A stretch of DNA of 64,000 nt from the human T2T-CHM13v2.0 reference genome, Homo sapiens. The stretch lies in assembly GCF_009914755.1 (NCBI RefSeq), contig NC_060925.1; one strand, given 5' to 3'. A model generated the notes under the pieces. It was given only the letters and a program-made list of their open reading frames with translations. It ran no database searches and was not told where the DNA came from. Both the position numbers and the translations under genes were made by a program. This document shows, one piece after another, positions 1-13,430 of this stretch. Every line of letters starts with the position of its first letter. Position 1 is the stretch's first letter.

Positions 1-378
1 ATACTCCACTGACAGCACTAGACTGATAATCAAGAGAGAAAGTCAACAAAGAAACAATGAACTTAAACAATACCCCAGAACAAATGGAATTAATAGATAG
101 TTGTAGAACATTCTTTCCAACAGTGGTAGGATATACATTTTTCTCATCAGCACATCAACATTCTCCAAGATAGATCATATGCTAGGCCACAAAACAAGTC
201 TCAATCAATTTAAGAAAATTGAAATCGTATCAAGTATCTTCTTAGATCACAGTAGATTCAAACTGAAAATCAACTCTAAAAGGAGTCCTCAAAACTATAA
301 AGATACATGGAAATTAAATACTCTGCTCTTGAATGATTTTTGGGTTAGCAAGGAAACCAAGATGAAAATTTAAAAATT

Positions 379-685
<307 letters not shown>

Positions 686-2126
686 TCAATGATAATATTG
701 ACACAAGTTATCAAAACATCTGTGATACAGCAAAAGCAATGCTAAGAGGAAAGCTCATAGCATTAAACACCTACATCAAAAAGTCTTAAAGAGCATAAAT
801 TGACAACTGAATATCACTCCTCAAGGAACTAGAGAAACAAGAAAAAGCTAAACCCAAAGCCAGAGGAAGAACAAAATAACCAAGATTAGAGCAAAACTAA
901 ATGAAATCATTAAAAAAATACAAAAGATAAATGAAACAAAAGCTGGTTCTTTGAAAAGAGAAACAAAATTGATAGACCACTGGCAAGATTAACCACAAAA
1001 AGAAAGGATGCAATCCAAATAAGCTCAATTAGAAATGAAACTGGAGATATTACAACCAATACCACAGAAATTCACAAGATCATTCAAGGCTACTATAAAC
1101 TCCTTTATGCACACAAAGCAGAAAATCTAGAGGAAATGGATAAATTCCTGGAAACATACAACCCTCCTAGATCAAATTAGGAAGAAATAGAAACCCTGAA
1201 CAAACCAACAACAAGAGTGAGGTTGAATCACTAACAAACAATTTGCCAACAAAAAGAAGCCCAAGGCTAGATGGATTCACAACCGAATTCTACCAGACAT
1301 TCAAAGAATTGGTACCAATCATACTGAAACTATTCCAAAAGATATAGAAAGAGGAAGTTCTTTCAAAATAATTCTATAAAGGAAATATCACCCTAGTACC
1401 AAAACCAGGAAAGAACATAACAAAAAAGGAAAACTACAGACCAATATCCCTGATGGACATAGATGCAGAAATCCTCAACAAAATGCTAGCTGGATGAATC
1501 CAACAGCACATCAAAAAAAATAATACATCATGATCAGCAGGGTTTCATCCCAGAGATTCAGGGGTTGTTTAACATATGTAAGTCAATAAATGTGATATAC
1601 CACATAAGCAGAATTAAAAACAAAAACCATATGACCATTTAAATAGATACAGAAAAAAGCATTTGATAAAATCCAGCATCCCTTTATGATAAAATCCCTC
1701 AACAAAATAAGTACAGGAGGGACTCACCTCAAAGTAATAAAAGCCACATATGACAAACCCACAGCCAACGTCGTACTGAATGGGGGAAAGGTTGAAAGCA
1801 TTACCCCTGAGAACTAGAACAAGACAAGGATGACCTCTTTCACCATTTCTATTCAACGTAGTACTGGAAGTCCTAGCCAGAGCAACAGGACAAGAGAAAG
1901 AAACAAAGAGCATTCAAACTGGAAAAGAGGGAGTTAAGCTCTCATTGTTCGCCAGTGATATGGTTGTATATCTAGAAAACCCCAAAGACTCATCCAAAAG
2001 GCTACTAGCAGCAAACTTTCAGATTACAAAATCAGCGTATACAAATCAGTAGCACTGCTATACACCAACAACGACTAAGCTAAGAATCAAATCAAGAACT
2101 CAATCCCTTTCGCAACAGCTGCAAAA

Positions 2127-2175
2127 ACAGCAGCAGCAGCAACAACAACAATAACAACAACAACAACAACAAAAA
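2127..2175 (+). repeat. (CAG)n/(CAA)n microsatellite within the L1
   Basis: cagcagcagcagcaacaacaacaataacaacaacaacaacaac. Confidence 0.85.
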
Positions 2176-3923
2176 ACCCCCAAGGAATATACTTAACCCA
2201 AGGAGTGAAAGCTCTCTACAAGGAAAACTACAAAGCACTGCCAAAAGAAATCATAAATGATGCAAACAAATGTAAATACATCCCATCCTCATGGATGGAA
2301 AGAATCAATATTGTGAAAATGACCATACCATCCAAAGCAATCTAAGATTCAATGCAATTCTCATCAAAATACCATCATAATTTTTCACAGACCTAGGAAA
2401 AACAATCCTAAAATCCATATGAAACCAAAAAAGAGCCCACATAGCAAAAGCAATACTAAGAAAAATTAATAAACATGGAGGCATCACATTACAAACTTCA
2501 AACTGTACTACAAGCCTGTGGCTACCAAAACAGCATGGTACTGGTATAAAAATAGGCACTTAAACAGAATAGAGAACCCAGAAATAATGCCAAAATACTT
2601 ACAACCAACTGATCCTTGACAAAACACACAAAAACGTAAACTAGGGGAAAGGACAATCCTATTCAATAAATGGTGCTGGGAAAACTGGCAAGCCACATGT
2701 AGAAGAATGAAACTGGATCCTCATCTCTCACCATATACAAAAATCAACTCAAGATGCATCGAAGACTTAAATCTAAGACCTGAAATCATAAAAATTCTAG
2801 AAGATAACATTGGAAAAACTCTTCTGGACATTGGCTTAGGCAAACAATTCATTACTAAGGCCCCCAAAACAAATGCAATAAAAACAAAAATAAATCAATG
2901 GGACCTGGTTAAACTAAAATGCTTTTGCACAGCCAAAGAAGTAATTAGCAGAATAAACAGAAAACCTACAGAGTGGGAGAAAATATTCACCAACTATGCA
3001 TCCAACAAACAACTAGTATCCAGAATCTACAAGGAACTCAAACAAATCAGCAAGAAAAAAAAAGATGTACAAACAGCCAACAAACATGAAAAAATGCTCA
3101 ACTTTACTAATCATCAGGGAAATGCAAATTAAAACCACATGATACTACCTTACTCCTGCATGAATGGCCATAATTAAAAAGTCAAAAAACAATAGATATT
3201 AGTACGGATGTGGTGAAAAGGGAGCACATTTACGCTGCTGGTGGGAATGTAAATTAGTGCAATCACTATGAAAAACATGGAGATTCCTTAAAGAACTTAA
3301 CATAGATCTATCATTTAATCCAGCAATCCCACTGCTAGGTATCTACCCAAAGGAAAAGAAATTAGTATATGAAAAAGACACATGCACATGCATATTTGTA
3401 GCAGTACAGTTCACAGTTGTAAGGATATGGAACTAACCTGCCTATTGACCAATGGTTGGATAAAGAAAGTGTGGTATATATACATCAGGAAATACTACTC
3501 AGCCATTAAAAGGAACAAAATAATGTCTTGCAACAACGTGGATAGAGCTAGAGGTCGTTATTTTAAGTGATGTAACTCAGGAATGGAAAACCAAATACCA
3601 TATGTTTTCACTTGTAAGTGGGAGCTAAGCTATGAGGATGCAAAAACATACAGAGTGATATAATGAACTTTGAGGACTTGGGGTGGGGGAGGTTGGGAGG
3701 AGGATGAGGGATAAAAGACAACATATTAGGTATGCTGTACACTGCTTAGATGATGGGTGCATTACAAATTCCAGAATTCACCACCAAGAACTCATCCATG
3801 TAACCAAAATCCACCTATATCCCCAAAACTATTGAAATAAAAAAATTGATTTTTTGAATATATGAATATGGAATTATTTTATTTCTTGTGTCCTCTTTAA
3901 TTTCTTACATCAATGTTTTATTG

Positions 3924-6524
3924 TTTTTTTATTATTATACTTTAAGTTCTAGGGTACATGTGCGCAACGTGCAGGTTTGTTACATAAGTATACATGTGCC
4001 ATGTTGGTTTGCTGCACCCATCAACTCGTCATTTACATTAGGTATTTCTCCTAATGCTATCCCTCCCCCATCCCCCCACCCTATGACAGGCCCCGGTGTG
4101 TGATGTTCCCCTTCCTGTGTCCAAGTCTTCTCATTGTTCAATTCCCACCTATGAGTGAGAACATGGGGTGTTTGATTTTCTGTCCTTGTGATAGTTTGCT
4201 GAGAATGATGGTTTCCAGCTTCATCCATGTCCCTGTAAGGGACATGAACTCATCCTTTCTTATGGCTGCATAGTATTCCATAGTGTATATGTGCCACATT
4301 TTCTTTATCTAGTCTGTCATTGATGGACATTTGGGTTGGTTCTGTGTCTTTTAATTGGGACATTTAGCCCATTTACATTTAAGGTTGATATTGTTATGTG
4401 TTAATTTGATCCTGACATTATGATGTTAGCTGGTTATTTTACCGGTTAGTTGATGTAGTTTCTTCCTAGCATCGATAGTCTTTACAATTTGGCATGTTTT
4501 TGCAGTGGCTGGTACCCATTGTTCCTTTCCATGTTTAGTGCTTCCTTCAGGAGCTCTTGTAAGGGAGGCCTGGTGGTGACAAAATCTCTCAGCATTTGCT
4601 TGTCTGTAAAGGATTTTATTTCTCCTTCACTTATGAAGCTTAGTTTGGCTGGATATGAAATTCTGGGTTGACAATTCTTTCACAATGTTGAATATTGGCC
4701 CCTACTCTCTTCTGGCTTGTAGGATTTCTGCAAAGAGATCTGCTGTTAGTCTGATGGGCTTCCGTTTGTGGGTAACCCAACCTTTCTCTTTGGCTGCCCT
4801 TAATATTTGTTCCTTCATTTCAACCTTGGTGAATCTGACAATTATGTGTCTTGGGGTTGCTCTTCTCAAGGAGTACCTTTGTGGTGTTCTCTGTATTTCC
4901 TGAATTTGAATGTTGGCCTGCCTTGCTAGGTTGGGGAAGTTCTCCTGGATAATACCCTGCAGAGTGTTTTCCAACTTGGTTCCATTCTCCCAGTCACTTT
5001 CAGGTACACCAATCAAACGTAGATTTGGTCTTTTCACATAGTCCCATATTTCTTGGAGGCTTTGTTGATTTCTTTTACTTTTTTTCTCTAAACTTCTCTT
5101 CTTGCTTTATTTCATTAATTCGATCTTCAATCACTGACACCCTTTCTTCCACTTGATCGAATTGGCTACTGAAGCTTGTGTATGTGTCACATAGTTCTTG
5201 TGCCATGGCTTTCAGCTCCAGCAGGTCATTTAAGGTCTTTGCTACACTGTTTATTCTAGTTGCCATTCATCTAATATTTTTTCAAGGTTTTTAGCTTCCT
5301 TGCAATGGGTTCAAACATCCTCCTTTAGCTTGGAGAAGTTTGTTATTACCGACCTTCTGAAGCCTACTTCTGTCAACTCATCCAAGTCATTCTCCATCCA
5401 GCTTTGTTCCATTGCTGGCGAGGAGCTGCAATCCTTTAAAGGAGAGGAGATGCTCTGTTCTTTGGACTTTTCAGCTTTTCTGCTCTCGTTTCTCCCCATC
5501 TTTGTGGTTTTATCTACCTTTGGTCTTTGATATTGGTGAACTGGAGGTGGGGTTTTAGTGTGGATGTCCTTTTTGTTAATGTTGGTGCTATTCCTTTCTG
5601 TTTGTTAGTTTTCCTTCTAGCGGATCCTTCAGCTGCAGGTCTGTTGGAGTTCGCCAGAGGTCCACTTTAGACCCCGTTTTCCTGGGTATCACCAGCAGAG
5701 GCTGCAGAACAGCAAATATTGCAGAACAGCAAATGTTGCTGCCTGATCCTTCCTATGGAAGCTTCGTCCCAGAGGGGCACCCACCTTTCTGAGGTGTCAG
5801 CCAGCCCCTACTGGGAGGTGTCTCCCAGTTAGGCTACACGGGGGTCAGGGACCCACTTGAGCAGGCAGTCTGTCTGTTCTCAGAACTCAAACTCCATGCT
5901 TGGAGAACCACCGCTCTCTTCAGAGCAGTCAGACAGGGACATTTAAGTCTGCAGAAGTTTCTGCTGCCTTTTGTTGAGCTATGCCCTGCTCCTAGAGGTG
6001 GAGTCAACAGAGGCAGTAGACCTTGCTGAGCCACGGTGGGCTCCGCCCACTTTGAGCTTCCCTGGCTGCTTTGTTTACCTACTCAAGCCTCAGCAATGGT
6101 GGACGCCCCTCCCCCTGCCAGGCTGCTGCCTCTCTGGTGGATCTCAGACTGCTGTGCTAGCAGTGAGCAAGGCTCCATGGGCATGGGACCCTCCGAGTCA
6201 GGCGCGGGATATAATCTCCTGATGTGCTGTTTGCTAAGATCATTGGAAAAATGCAATATTTAGGTGGGAATGTCCTGTTTTTCCATGTACAGTCTGTCAT
6301 GACTTCCCTTGGCTAGGAAAGGGAAATACCCCAACCCCTTGCTCTTCCCGGTGAAGTGATGCCCCTCCCTGCTTCGGCTTGCCCTCCATGGGCTGCACCT
6401 ACTGTCCAACCAGTCCCAGTGAGATAAACCAAGTATCTCACTTGGAAATGCAGAAATTACCCATCTTCTGCGTTGATCATGCTGGGAGCTAAAGACCAGA
6501 GCTGTTCCTATTTGGCCATCTTGG
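3924..6524 (-). mobile_element. L1PA6-like element with 5' UTR, ORF1 and 3' end, but most of ORF2 deleted
   Basis: 3' UTR and T tail at about 3924-4340. The ORF2 start joins it at about 4342. ORF1 peptides (MGRNESRKAE, KRPNLRLIGVPE, RATPRHIIVRF). The 5' UTR ends GGCCATCTTGG at 6514-6524. Confidence 0.93.
6096..6263 (+). pseudogene. ORF0: Antisense ORF0 homologue in the L1PA6-like 5' UTR (55 aa, premature stop)
   Basis: MVDAPPPARLLPLWWISDCCASSEQGS aligns with L1 ORF0 MAGAPPPASLPPCSLISDCCASNQRDS. Confidence 0.7.
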
Positions 6525-6559
6525 CACTCTATGGTTTTTTTTAAAAAAGGTTTAAAAGT

Positions 6560-6701
6560 TTAAAGAAATTTATTTATTTGTTGTAGAGATGGGATCTCAC
6601 TATGTTGTCCAGGCTTGTATTGAACTCCTGGGCTCAAGCAATCCTCCTATCTTGACCTCTCAAAATGGTGGGATTACAGGAATGAGCCATTGTACCCAGC
6701 C
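6560..6701 (-). mobile_element. FLAM_C / AluJ left monomer
   Basis: GTAGAGATGGGATCTCACTATGTTGTCCAGGC...GGATTACAGGAATGAGCCATTGTACCCAGCC; monomer only. Confidence 0.85.
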
Positions 6702-6792
6702 TATAGTTTTTATTGTAGTAATCTTTCATTTCTTTGAATAAATTTATTCTTATGTATTTTATTTTATTTGTAGCTATTGTAAAGGGGATTAT

Positions 6793-6858
6793 TTTCTAGA
6801 ACAGAGTCTTGCTGTGTCCTCCAGGCTGGAGTGCAGTGGCGTAATCTCAGCTCACTGC
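6793..6858 (-). mobile_element. Short Alu 3' fragment
   Basis: ACAGAGTCTTGCTGTGTCCTCCAGGCTGGAGTGCAGTGGCGTAATCTCAGCTCACTGC. Confidence 0.8.
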
Positions 6859-6999
6859 TTAAATTTTCTTTTTAATTTCTTCATTGACCCACTGGTCATT
6901 TAGGAGCATATTGTTTAATTTCCATGTGTTCATATAGTTTCCAAAGCTCCTCTTTTTATTTATTTTTAGTTTAATTCCATTGTGGTCCAAGAAGATATG

Positions 7000-7280
7000 T
7001 GTTATGTTGTTTTCTCATGATAGCGAGCTAGTTTTCATGAGATCTGGCTGTTTGAAAGTGTGTGGCACTTCTCCCTTCATTATCTTTCTTTACTGCTCCA
7101 CCATGGTAAGATGTGCTTGCGTGCTTCCCCTTCACCTTCTGCCATGATTGTCAGTTGCCTGAGGTCTCCCAACCATGCTTCTGTATAGCCTGTAGAACTG
7201 TGAGTCAATTAAACTTATTTTCTTCATGAATTACCCAGTTTCAAGTAGTTCATTATAGCAGTGTGAGAACAAACTAATAT
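7000..7280 (+). mobile_element. MSTA/THE1-type MaLR LTR (partial)
   Basis: CATGAGATCTGGCTGTTTGAAAGTGTGTGGCAC...GTGAGTCAATTAAAC...ATAGCAGTGTGAGAACAAACTAAT. Confidence 0.85.
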
Positions 7281-10009
7281 GATATGTTTTCAATTATTTT
7301 TGAAACTTTAAAGACTTGATTTGTGGCCTAACTTGTGGCCTATCCTTGAGAATTATCCATGTACTGAGGAGAAGAATGTGTATTCTGCAATCATAGCATG
7401 AAATGTTCTGTAAATATCTATTAGGTATATTTGATCTATAATGCACATTAAATCCAACGTTTCTTTGTTGATTTTCCATCTAGATAACCTGCCCAGTGCT
7501 GAAAGTGGGATGTTGAACTCTTCAGTTATTATTGTATTGGGGCCCATCTCTCTCTTTAGCTCTAATAATATTTTCTTTATATATCTGGGTGCTCTAGTGT
7601 TAGGTGCATATATATTTACAGTTGTTATGTTCTCTTGCTGAATTGACTCCTATATCATTATATAATGACTTTTTTTTGTCTATTTTTGTAGCTTTTGTCT
7701 TGAAATCGATTTTTGTCTCCTGAACCTTTCTCATCTCTTTTTGGGGGGAGCCACATTCCCTAGCTTTTGACTTTTTTTGTGCTAATGTAGCATAAAATAA
7801 ATCCTCCTGCAAAGCTATTTATAGCATGTTTTCTCCACTTGCAATGTGAATGACACCCTCTCAATTTACAACAATTTGGTAAAGGATTTCTTTCTTTCCT
7901 TTGTTTTTTCTCTGTTTGTATATGTTTAACTAAGGCTTAATCACGCTCTTGTTTTTGCTTTAGGAAAGAAAAGAGGAGAATGAAATACCATCTGTTCTGC
8001 CTTCTAAGAAGTTGAGAATTCTTGTAGTGATGCACTTTGAAAATATCTTCCTAAATTTATTTATGATTAGGTCCTTTAAGACCAGGATTAAAGTCTTTTT
8101 TCCTTCCCTTCCAATCAATAATGCCTGGCAGTCTGTCATGGAACAATATTACATAGGTCTGACTGATTTATTCTTCCTAAAATCCCACTGACTACTCTCT
8201 GGCACTCGTGATCATTTAGCATTTTATAAATGAAATGATTAATGAGTTTGGTCTTTTCAGGTATCAAAGTTAAGGTGACCAGACTATAATATTTTTGGGC
8301 TATTACGTTATTTTCATTTTTAGAGGTAGGTCTTACGCATATCATTTTTCAGCTTTAGGCTTCATCATTGTCCAACATGCACCTGGAAAGATTATTTCTA
8401 TAATAAGTTCAGGATATATATTAACCCTGGAACTATGCTAGGAGGGCATGCTGATCTGAAAAAATCCACTGTATTTAATATCTGACTCATTTATCTTCTA
8501 TTTTGGATGATCTTTGTATTCTGTTGCGCAAGTGGTAGAAACTTTATTCTACCACTGTTGAACCTGTTACAGGCATCATACTCAAATTAAGCTTTTGAAA
8601 AAAATAAAAACAATTACTCCCCTCAGAGCTCTATGGGTCCCACTCATAAGTTCCCAATCATAAAATTCGATAACAGAAATAATCAGAGATATTTTATAAA
8701 ACCTGGAAAAGATGCCCATAGTGGAGATATGTTATTATTTTTCTGTTTATCTCTAATATCCTATTGCCGTAGGTTATTTAGAAATTGATTCAGGAGGCTT
8801 TGTAGCTTCACTTTTTATATCAAAAGATTCCACATTATGTTACCTTGTTCTCCCAGGAAGTCTAACTTAAAGGTTTGTGTTTCTTTCTACTTATGAAAAG
8901 CTAAACTTATTTAATTGGTTTATTGGATGAACTGTACTTAGTAGAGTGAAGCAGAATGCACCTTTAATTTATTCTTTTTCACTTGTTCTTTGGATCAGTT
9001 GTTTCTAGCCCCTGGAATAAAATCTCAGTCAGGTCCGAAGACTCCTCTGTCTCATTAAATAATGAATATACAGCACAAATGCTTATCAAAAGTCCCAAAT
9101 CTCATTTAGTTTAAGAGTTCTCTTCTTCCCTAGTTTAGGTTGGCCTCAGGCTCCATCGACTGAGAAGGTGGGGTAGACAGGGGTTCTTATGATCTGATTT
9201 TTTTTTTTTTTTTTTGCTTCACTGCATTCTCCACTTAACAGTTGCTGTTTTGGGCTCCTTTAATACTAGGGAATATTAGAGTAGGGAAAGAAGAATAAGG
9301 GGCAGAAATGTGCTTTTGAACTTGTAAAGTTGTAATATGGTGTTGATGCCATCTGGGCATGGTGGAATTCAAGGCTTATTTTTATTTCCCCCTTCAGTTT
9401 GATGATTCCCTCCTTGGAGATCTTCACCTGCAGTTCCTGGAATGAGTGATGCTGCTTCCACATGGTCAATTTCACCCCTTCATATCTCTTCTGCATCTAT
9501 GACACACCTTTATCTTCTTGTTGCTGAGGCTGCCTCACCCTTAGCAGAAGCTTTTGGTGGCACTTATGGCCAGCTAATCAACTTGACTATCAGGCAGCAC
9601 CATTCCGCAGAGTTGTATGTGATCTATGGAAAATCGACCCCTCTGCCCTGCTTTCAATGAACTTGTAACTTACTACTGACAAGAGGCTTCTTATTCTTCT
9701 ATAGGCAGCTCTAGGTACACTTACCTTTGCTTTTTTGTTCAGCCATGGGTCAAGTAACTTGCTCTCATGTCTCTGAAATTCCAGAGAATGCATATTAGCC
9801 TCCCAAATGGTTCTTTTGAGGCCCCCTTCAATTGATTTGAGATGAAAGGGGAGTTTCCTTTCCCTCCCATGTAAGAGAGAGATAATTTATAATGCTCTGA
9901 CAATAGTCTCCAAAAAAAAATCCTCATTAGCAGCCTCTTCACCCTTTCAGTGGATATTTAGCTATCTCTTAGTCTGGAGGCGAATGATAGTCTTCAAATA
10001 TCCACTGGA

Positions 10010-10140
10010 ATGTAAGCAGCAATAAAGCAGACATTTTTTATGTGTTTTGATTATTTCTGTATCATTTGGTTTTAGAGAAAAGCCTGACACATAGTAGGCT
10101 GTCAATAGATATATGTTCAACATATGAATGAATGAATGAA
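10010..10140 (+). mobile_element. L2 3' end
   Basis: CCTGACACATAGTAGGCTGTCAAT...TGAATGAATGAATGAA terminal repeat. Confidence 0.75.
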
Positions 10141-10167
10141 AAAGCAATCAGGCACTTTGATTTAGAA

Positions 10168-10346
10168 TGTGTGTATACACACACACACATCATATATATA
10201 TTTATATATAAAACAACAGATGTCATACATATACATATATACACGCATGTATGTATATATGTATGCATAATGATATACATGCATGTATATACATATATAC
10301 ATACATATATGTGTACATGCACACATATATGTGTATATATATATAT
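10168..10346. repeat. (TA/CA/TG)n compound microsatellite
   Basis: Alternating purine-pyrimidine tract; it generates spurious Y/I/C/H-rich ORFs. Confidence 0.9.
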
Positions 10347-10987
10347 GGCACTTCTATTGTTTTCAGATTTTGGGATGTCTGCTGAAACAAAAAAATAGAA
10401 ACCCCAAAACAAAAAATCCAAGAAATATCAAATTTAATATTCTATCATACTTATTTAATTTTAAAATTATCTTTACAAAGATAACAAAATCCAAAGTTTG
10501 TGAATAATCTTTCAATGGTGATATCCAAAAATACATGTGTTTTTCAGGGACCAAAGGCTATAAATCCAAAGCCAGAAATTTAGCTAATCTTAGGCAGTCC
10601 AGAATAAATAAGAAATTTAGTTTATTTTAGTAATTTGAATCATCCATTTTAAGATTATAAATCCTAGTTAAAAGCTTGAGAATCTATGAAGAATGTGCAA
10701 AAGTAGAATTTACTAGACTCTGGCTCACAGAATAAGGTACATTTTAGGGTCAGCATCTGGAAATACCCCTTTCTCATATTTCTCTGTTACGTGTCTATGC
10801 CTTTAAAACAGAAGTTTTAAAACTTGTTGTATGGATCATGTTGGAAATAAACACTATGAATCAAGTGGGACTTTGGGGAGTCCAAATGTCAGCAAAGATA
10901 ATTCACTAGTAATGTCATTGTAAAATCTCCCTTAAATTAACTGGAAATGTGGCATTATTTGAAGTTATAAATGAGGAATTTCACAAC

Positions 10988-11085
10988 GATTTTCTTCTCA
11001 GTGCTCATCAGGGATATTGGCCTGAATTTTTCTTTTTTTGTGTGTGTCTCTGTCAGGTTTTGGTATCAGGATGATGCTGGCTTCT
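10988..11085 (-). mobile_element. Short L1 ORF2 fragment
   Basis: CATCAGGGATATTGGCCTGAA...GGTTTTGGTATCAGGATGATGCTGGC, also seen in the L1PA3 at about 20060-20130. Confidence 0.8.
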
Positions 11086-11094
11086 TAGTGACCT

Positions 11095-13080
11095 ACTAAG
11101 AAGTATCAAGCCCAGACATCTTCACAGATGGTATCATTCAAACCTCCAAGGAACAAATAATCTCAATGCTATTTCAACTGCTTCAATGCATAAAGAAGGA
11201 AGGTTTCCAAATATTATCTATGATGCCAGAAAGCAATTATTCCAAAATGTGATAAATGTAGTACAGAAAAAGAAAATTATTAATAAATGTAATTTGTGAA
11301 TATCAATACAAAATCCTAAAGAAATTAGGTAATAGCATCTATTAGTAATTTCAAATAATAATATATACTAAGTTAAGGTCCTGTCAGGAATGAACTAATG
11401 GTTCAATATTAAGAAATATATTGATTTAATTTATATATTTAATAGGCTAAATGGTTAAAAAGTGAGTATTTTCATACATGGTGAAAAGGCATTTGATAAA
11501 ATCCAATATTCATTCCCAAGGAAAGATAAACAATAGCAAGAACAAATTTCTTTAATTCCCTTTTCAGCAAGGTAAATTAATAATTCACCCAAGGTCACAC
11601 AACCAGTAAAGATAGGTCCTAGATTTGAACCTAGATAGCTTTTTGTGCAGAGATAATTTAATCCCGTATACCTACAAACAAACACCAGTGCTTCTCAACC
11701 TTCTTCATGTTGTGGTACACATAGAAAATGAAAATATTTTTATGGCATGCTGGGAAATCAATCAAGGTCACGTGTAGAGGCAATTGCTTAAGGCCTGGGT
11801 TACCTGAGGACCAGCTTAGCTGTCCAAGGGGCTGAGGGGACCGATATTTTGGCACATTTTAACTTGCGGAGGTTTGCCTACTCTGTACTGCCACTAGAAG
11901 AAAGCACAGTCTACAGCTAGAATCAGAATAATATGGGAATTTGATATCTACTAAAGATGACATTTCAAATCATTTTATAAAAATAGATTATTTACTAATT
12001 TGGTATTGGAACAACTGGCTTTCCATTTGTGGAAAAATATAGCTGAGTGCCTACCAACTTCTAAACTGTCAGAAATAAATGAAAAAGAAAACAATAAAAT
12101 ATTCAAGGAAAATGTGAACATTTATACAATAATTTTGGTGTAATGAAGAATTTTTTAACTGACATACAAAAAAAGGCAGAACAGAAAATACTGAAATGTA
12201 GCTATATATCAAAGAAAATGAAGCTTTCTGTACAGCAAGAAATATTCTAAACAAAGTCGAAAGACAACTGGCAAATTACAAGAAAACATTTCAGGCAAAA
12301 CACAAATTTTCTTAGCATTGAAGAATTCTTAAGAGTCAATAACAAAAGGACAAGCTACAAAAATAAAAAAATAGCAAAATATATAAATAGGCATTTCATA
12401 GAAAAGTAAATGTAAATGGATTATAAACACATAAAATTATTCTCAACCTTATTTACAAAGATATGTATATTGAAACACAAAAAACACACAAAGGAGATAC
12501 CATTTGTCACATATCAGATTATTAAAAAGGTTTAACAAGTTGGATAATACAATAATGTTAATAAGAATATGGGGAAAGGCATACTCCCATCCACTGTTAG
12601 TGAGAGTACAAATTGAGAAATATTACTCTGTGGAGGGCAATTTAGCAATATCCATTAAAGTTAAGCATACACAAAGTTTCTCATCCAGAAATTCCACTTT
12701 TAGGAATTTATCCCATGGACATGCATTCACAAAGCTGAAAAGATGTATATGCAAGATGTTGAAGTGTAATTTGTATCGAGAAAAAATAGGCAACCCAAAT
12801 GTGTAACAATAGGAAAGACTACGTGGCTTTTTAAAATAAATAAGATAGATGTTACAAAAAGATATAGAACAAGTCACATTCCTCCCTTTGTGTAAAGCAA
12901 AGGAATTAGAAAAATAACTACTAAAATGTATAGACATATATAAATGTATAAAACTTCTGCAAGAATAAGTAGAAAACCCATGATAGAGGTAATTTTCAGA
13001 TGTAACTGGCTTAGGATGTGGAGTAGAAAGGAACTCCTTGTTCTATTTGAAGTTTTTCCTCTCAGTATATGTGCTATCTC
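11095..13080 (+). mobile_element. Ancient L1M ORF2/3' fragments with a nested MIR (about 11570-11640) and a probable hAT-type MITE (about 11686-11885)
   Basis: Degenerate L1 motifs: AAAGGCATTTGATAAAATCCAA, TGGTATTGGAACAACTGG, ACTCTGTGGAGGGCAATTTAGCAATAT. MIR core CCCAAGGTCACACA. CAGTGCTTCTCAACCTT is a hAT-like end. Confidence 0.65.
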
Positions 13081-13119
13081 ATTAACAAAACAAAACAACA
13101 ACAACAACAAAAAGCAGGC

Positions 13120-13430
13120 AGCCAGGAGCAGTGGCTCATGCCTGTAATGCCAGCACTTTGAGAGGGCCAAGGCAGGAGGAACTGCTCGAGCCCAGGAGTT
13201 TGAGATCAGCCTGGGCAACAGAGCAAGACCCAGTCTCTACAAAAAATAAAAATGTAAGAATTAGCCAGACATGGTGGTGAGCCCCTGAAGTCTTAGCTAC
13301 TTGGGAGGCTGAGGCAGGAGGATCACCTGAGTCCAGGGGTTCAAGACTGCTATGTGCTATGATTGCACCACTTGCACTCCAGCCTGTGCCATAGAGTGAG
13401 ACCCTGTCTCTAAAATAAATAAAAATAGAA
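13120..13430 (+). mobile_element. AluJ
   Basis: Dimer with GAGCCCAGGAGTTTGAGATCAGCCTGGGCAACA and GGATCACCTGAGTCCAGGGGTTCAAGACTGC (J-type). Confidence 0.9.

Larger units (their letters stand above)
6702..7720 (-). mobile_element. L1M ORF2 fragments (continuing 3870-3920), interrupted by an Alu fragment and an MSTA LTR
   Basis: Endonuclease-like peptide GPNTIITEEFNIPLSALGR...LIDIYRTFH, in typical L1M antisense sequence. Confidence 0.8.

Noticed and set aside
7963-8156. Possible coding exon after TTTTTGCTTTAG
   Set aside because: No convincing donor, unrecognisable peptide, and part resembles decayed L2.
9199-9960. Processed pseudogene with the T run at 9199-9215 as its tail
   Set aside because: No TSD found and no recognisable parent protein.
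10062-10507. Y/I/C/H-rich ORFs
   Set aside because: Translations of the (TA/CA)n tract.
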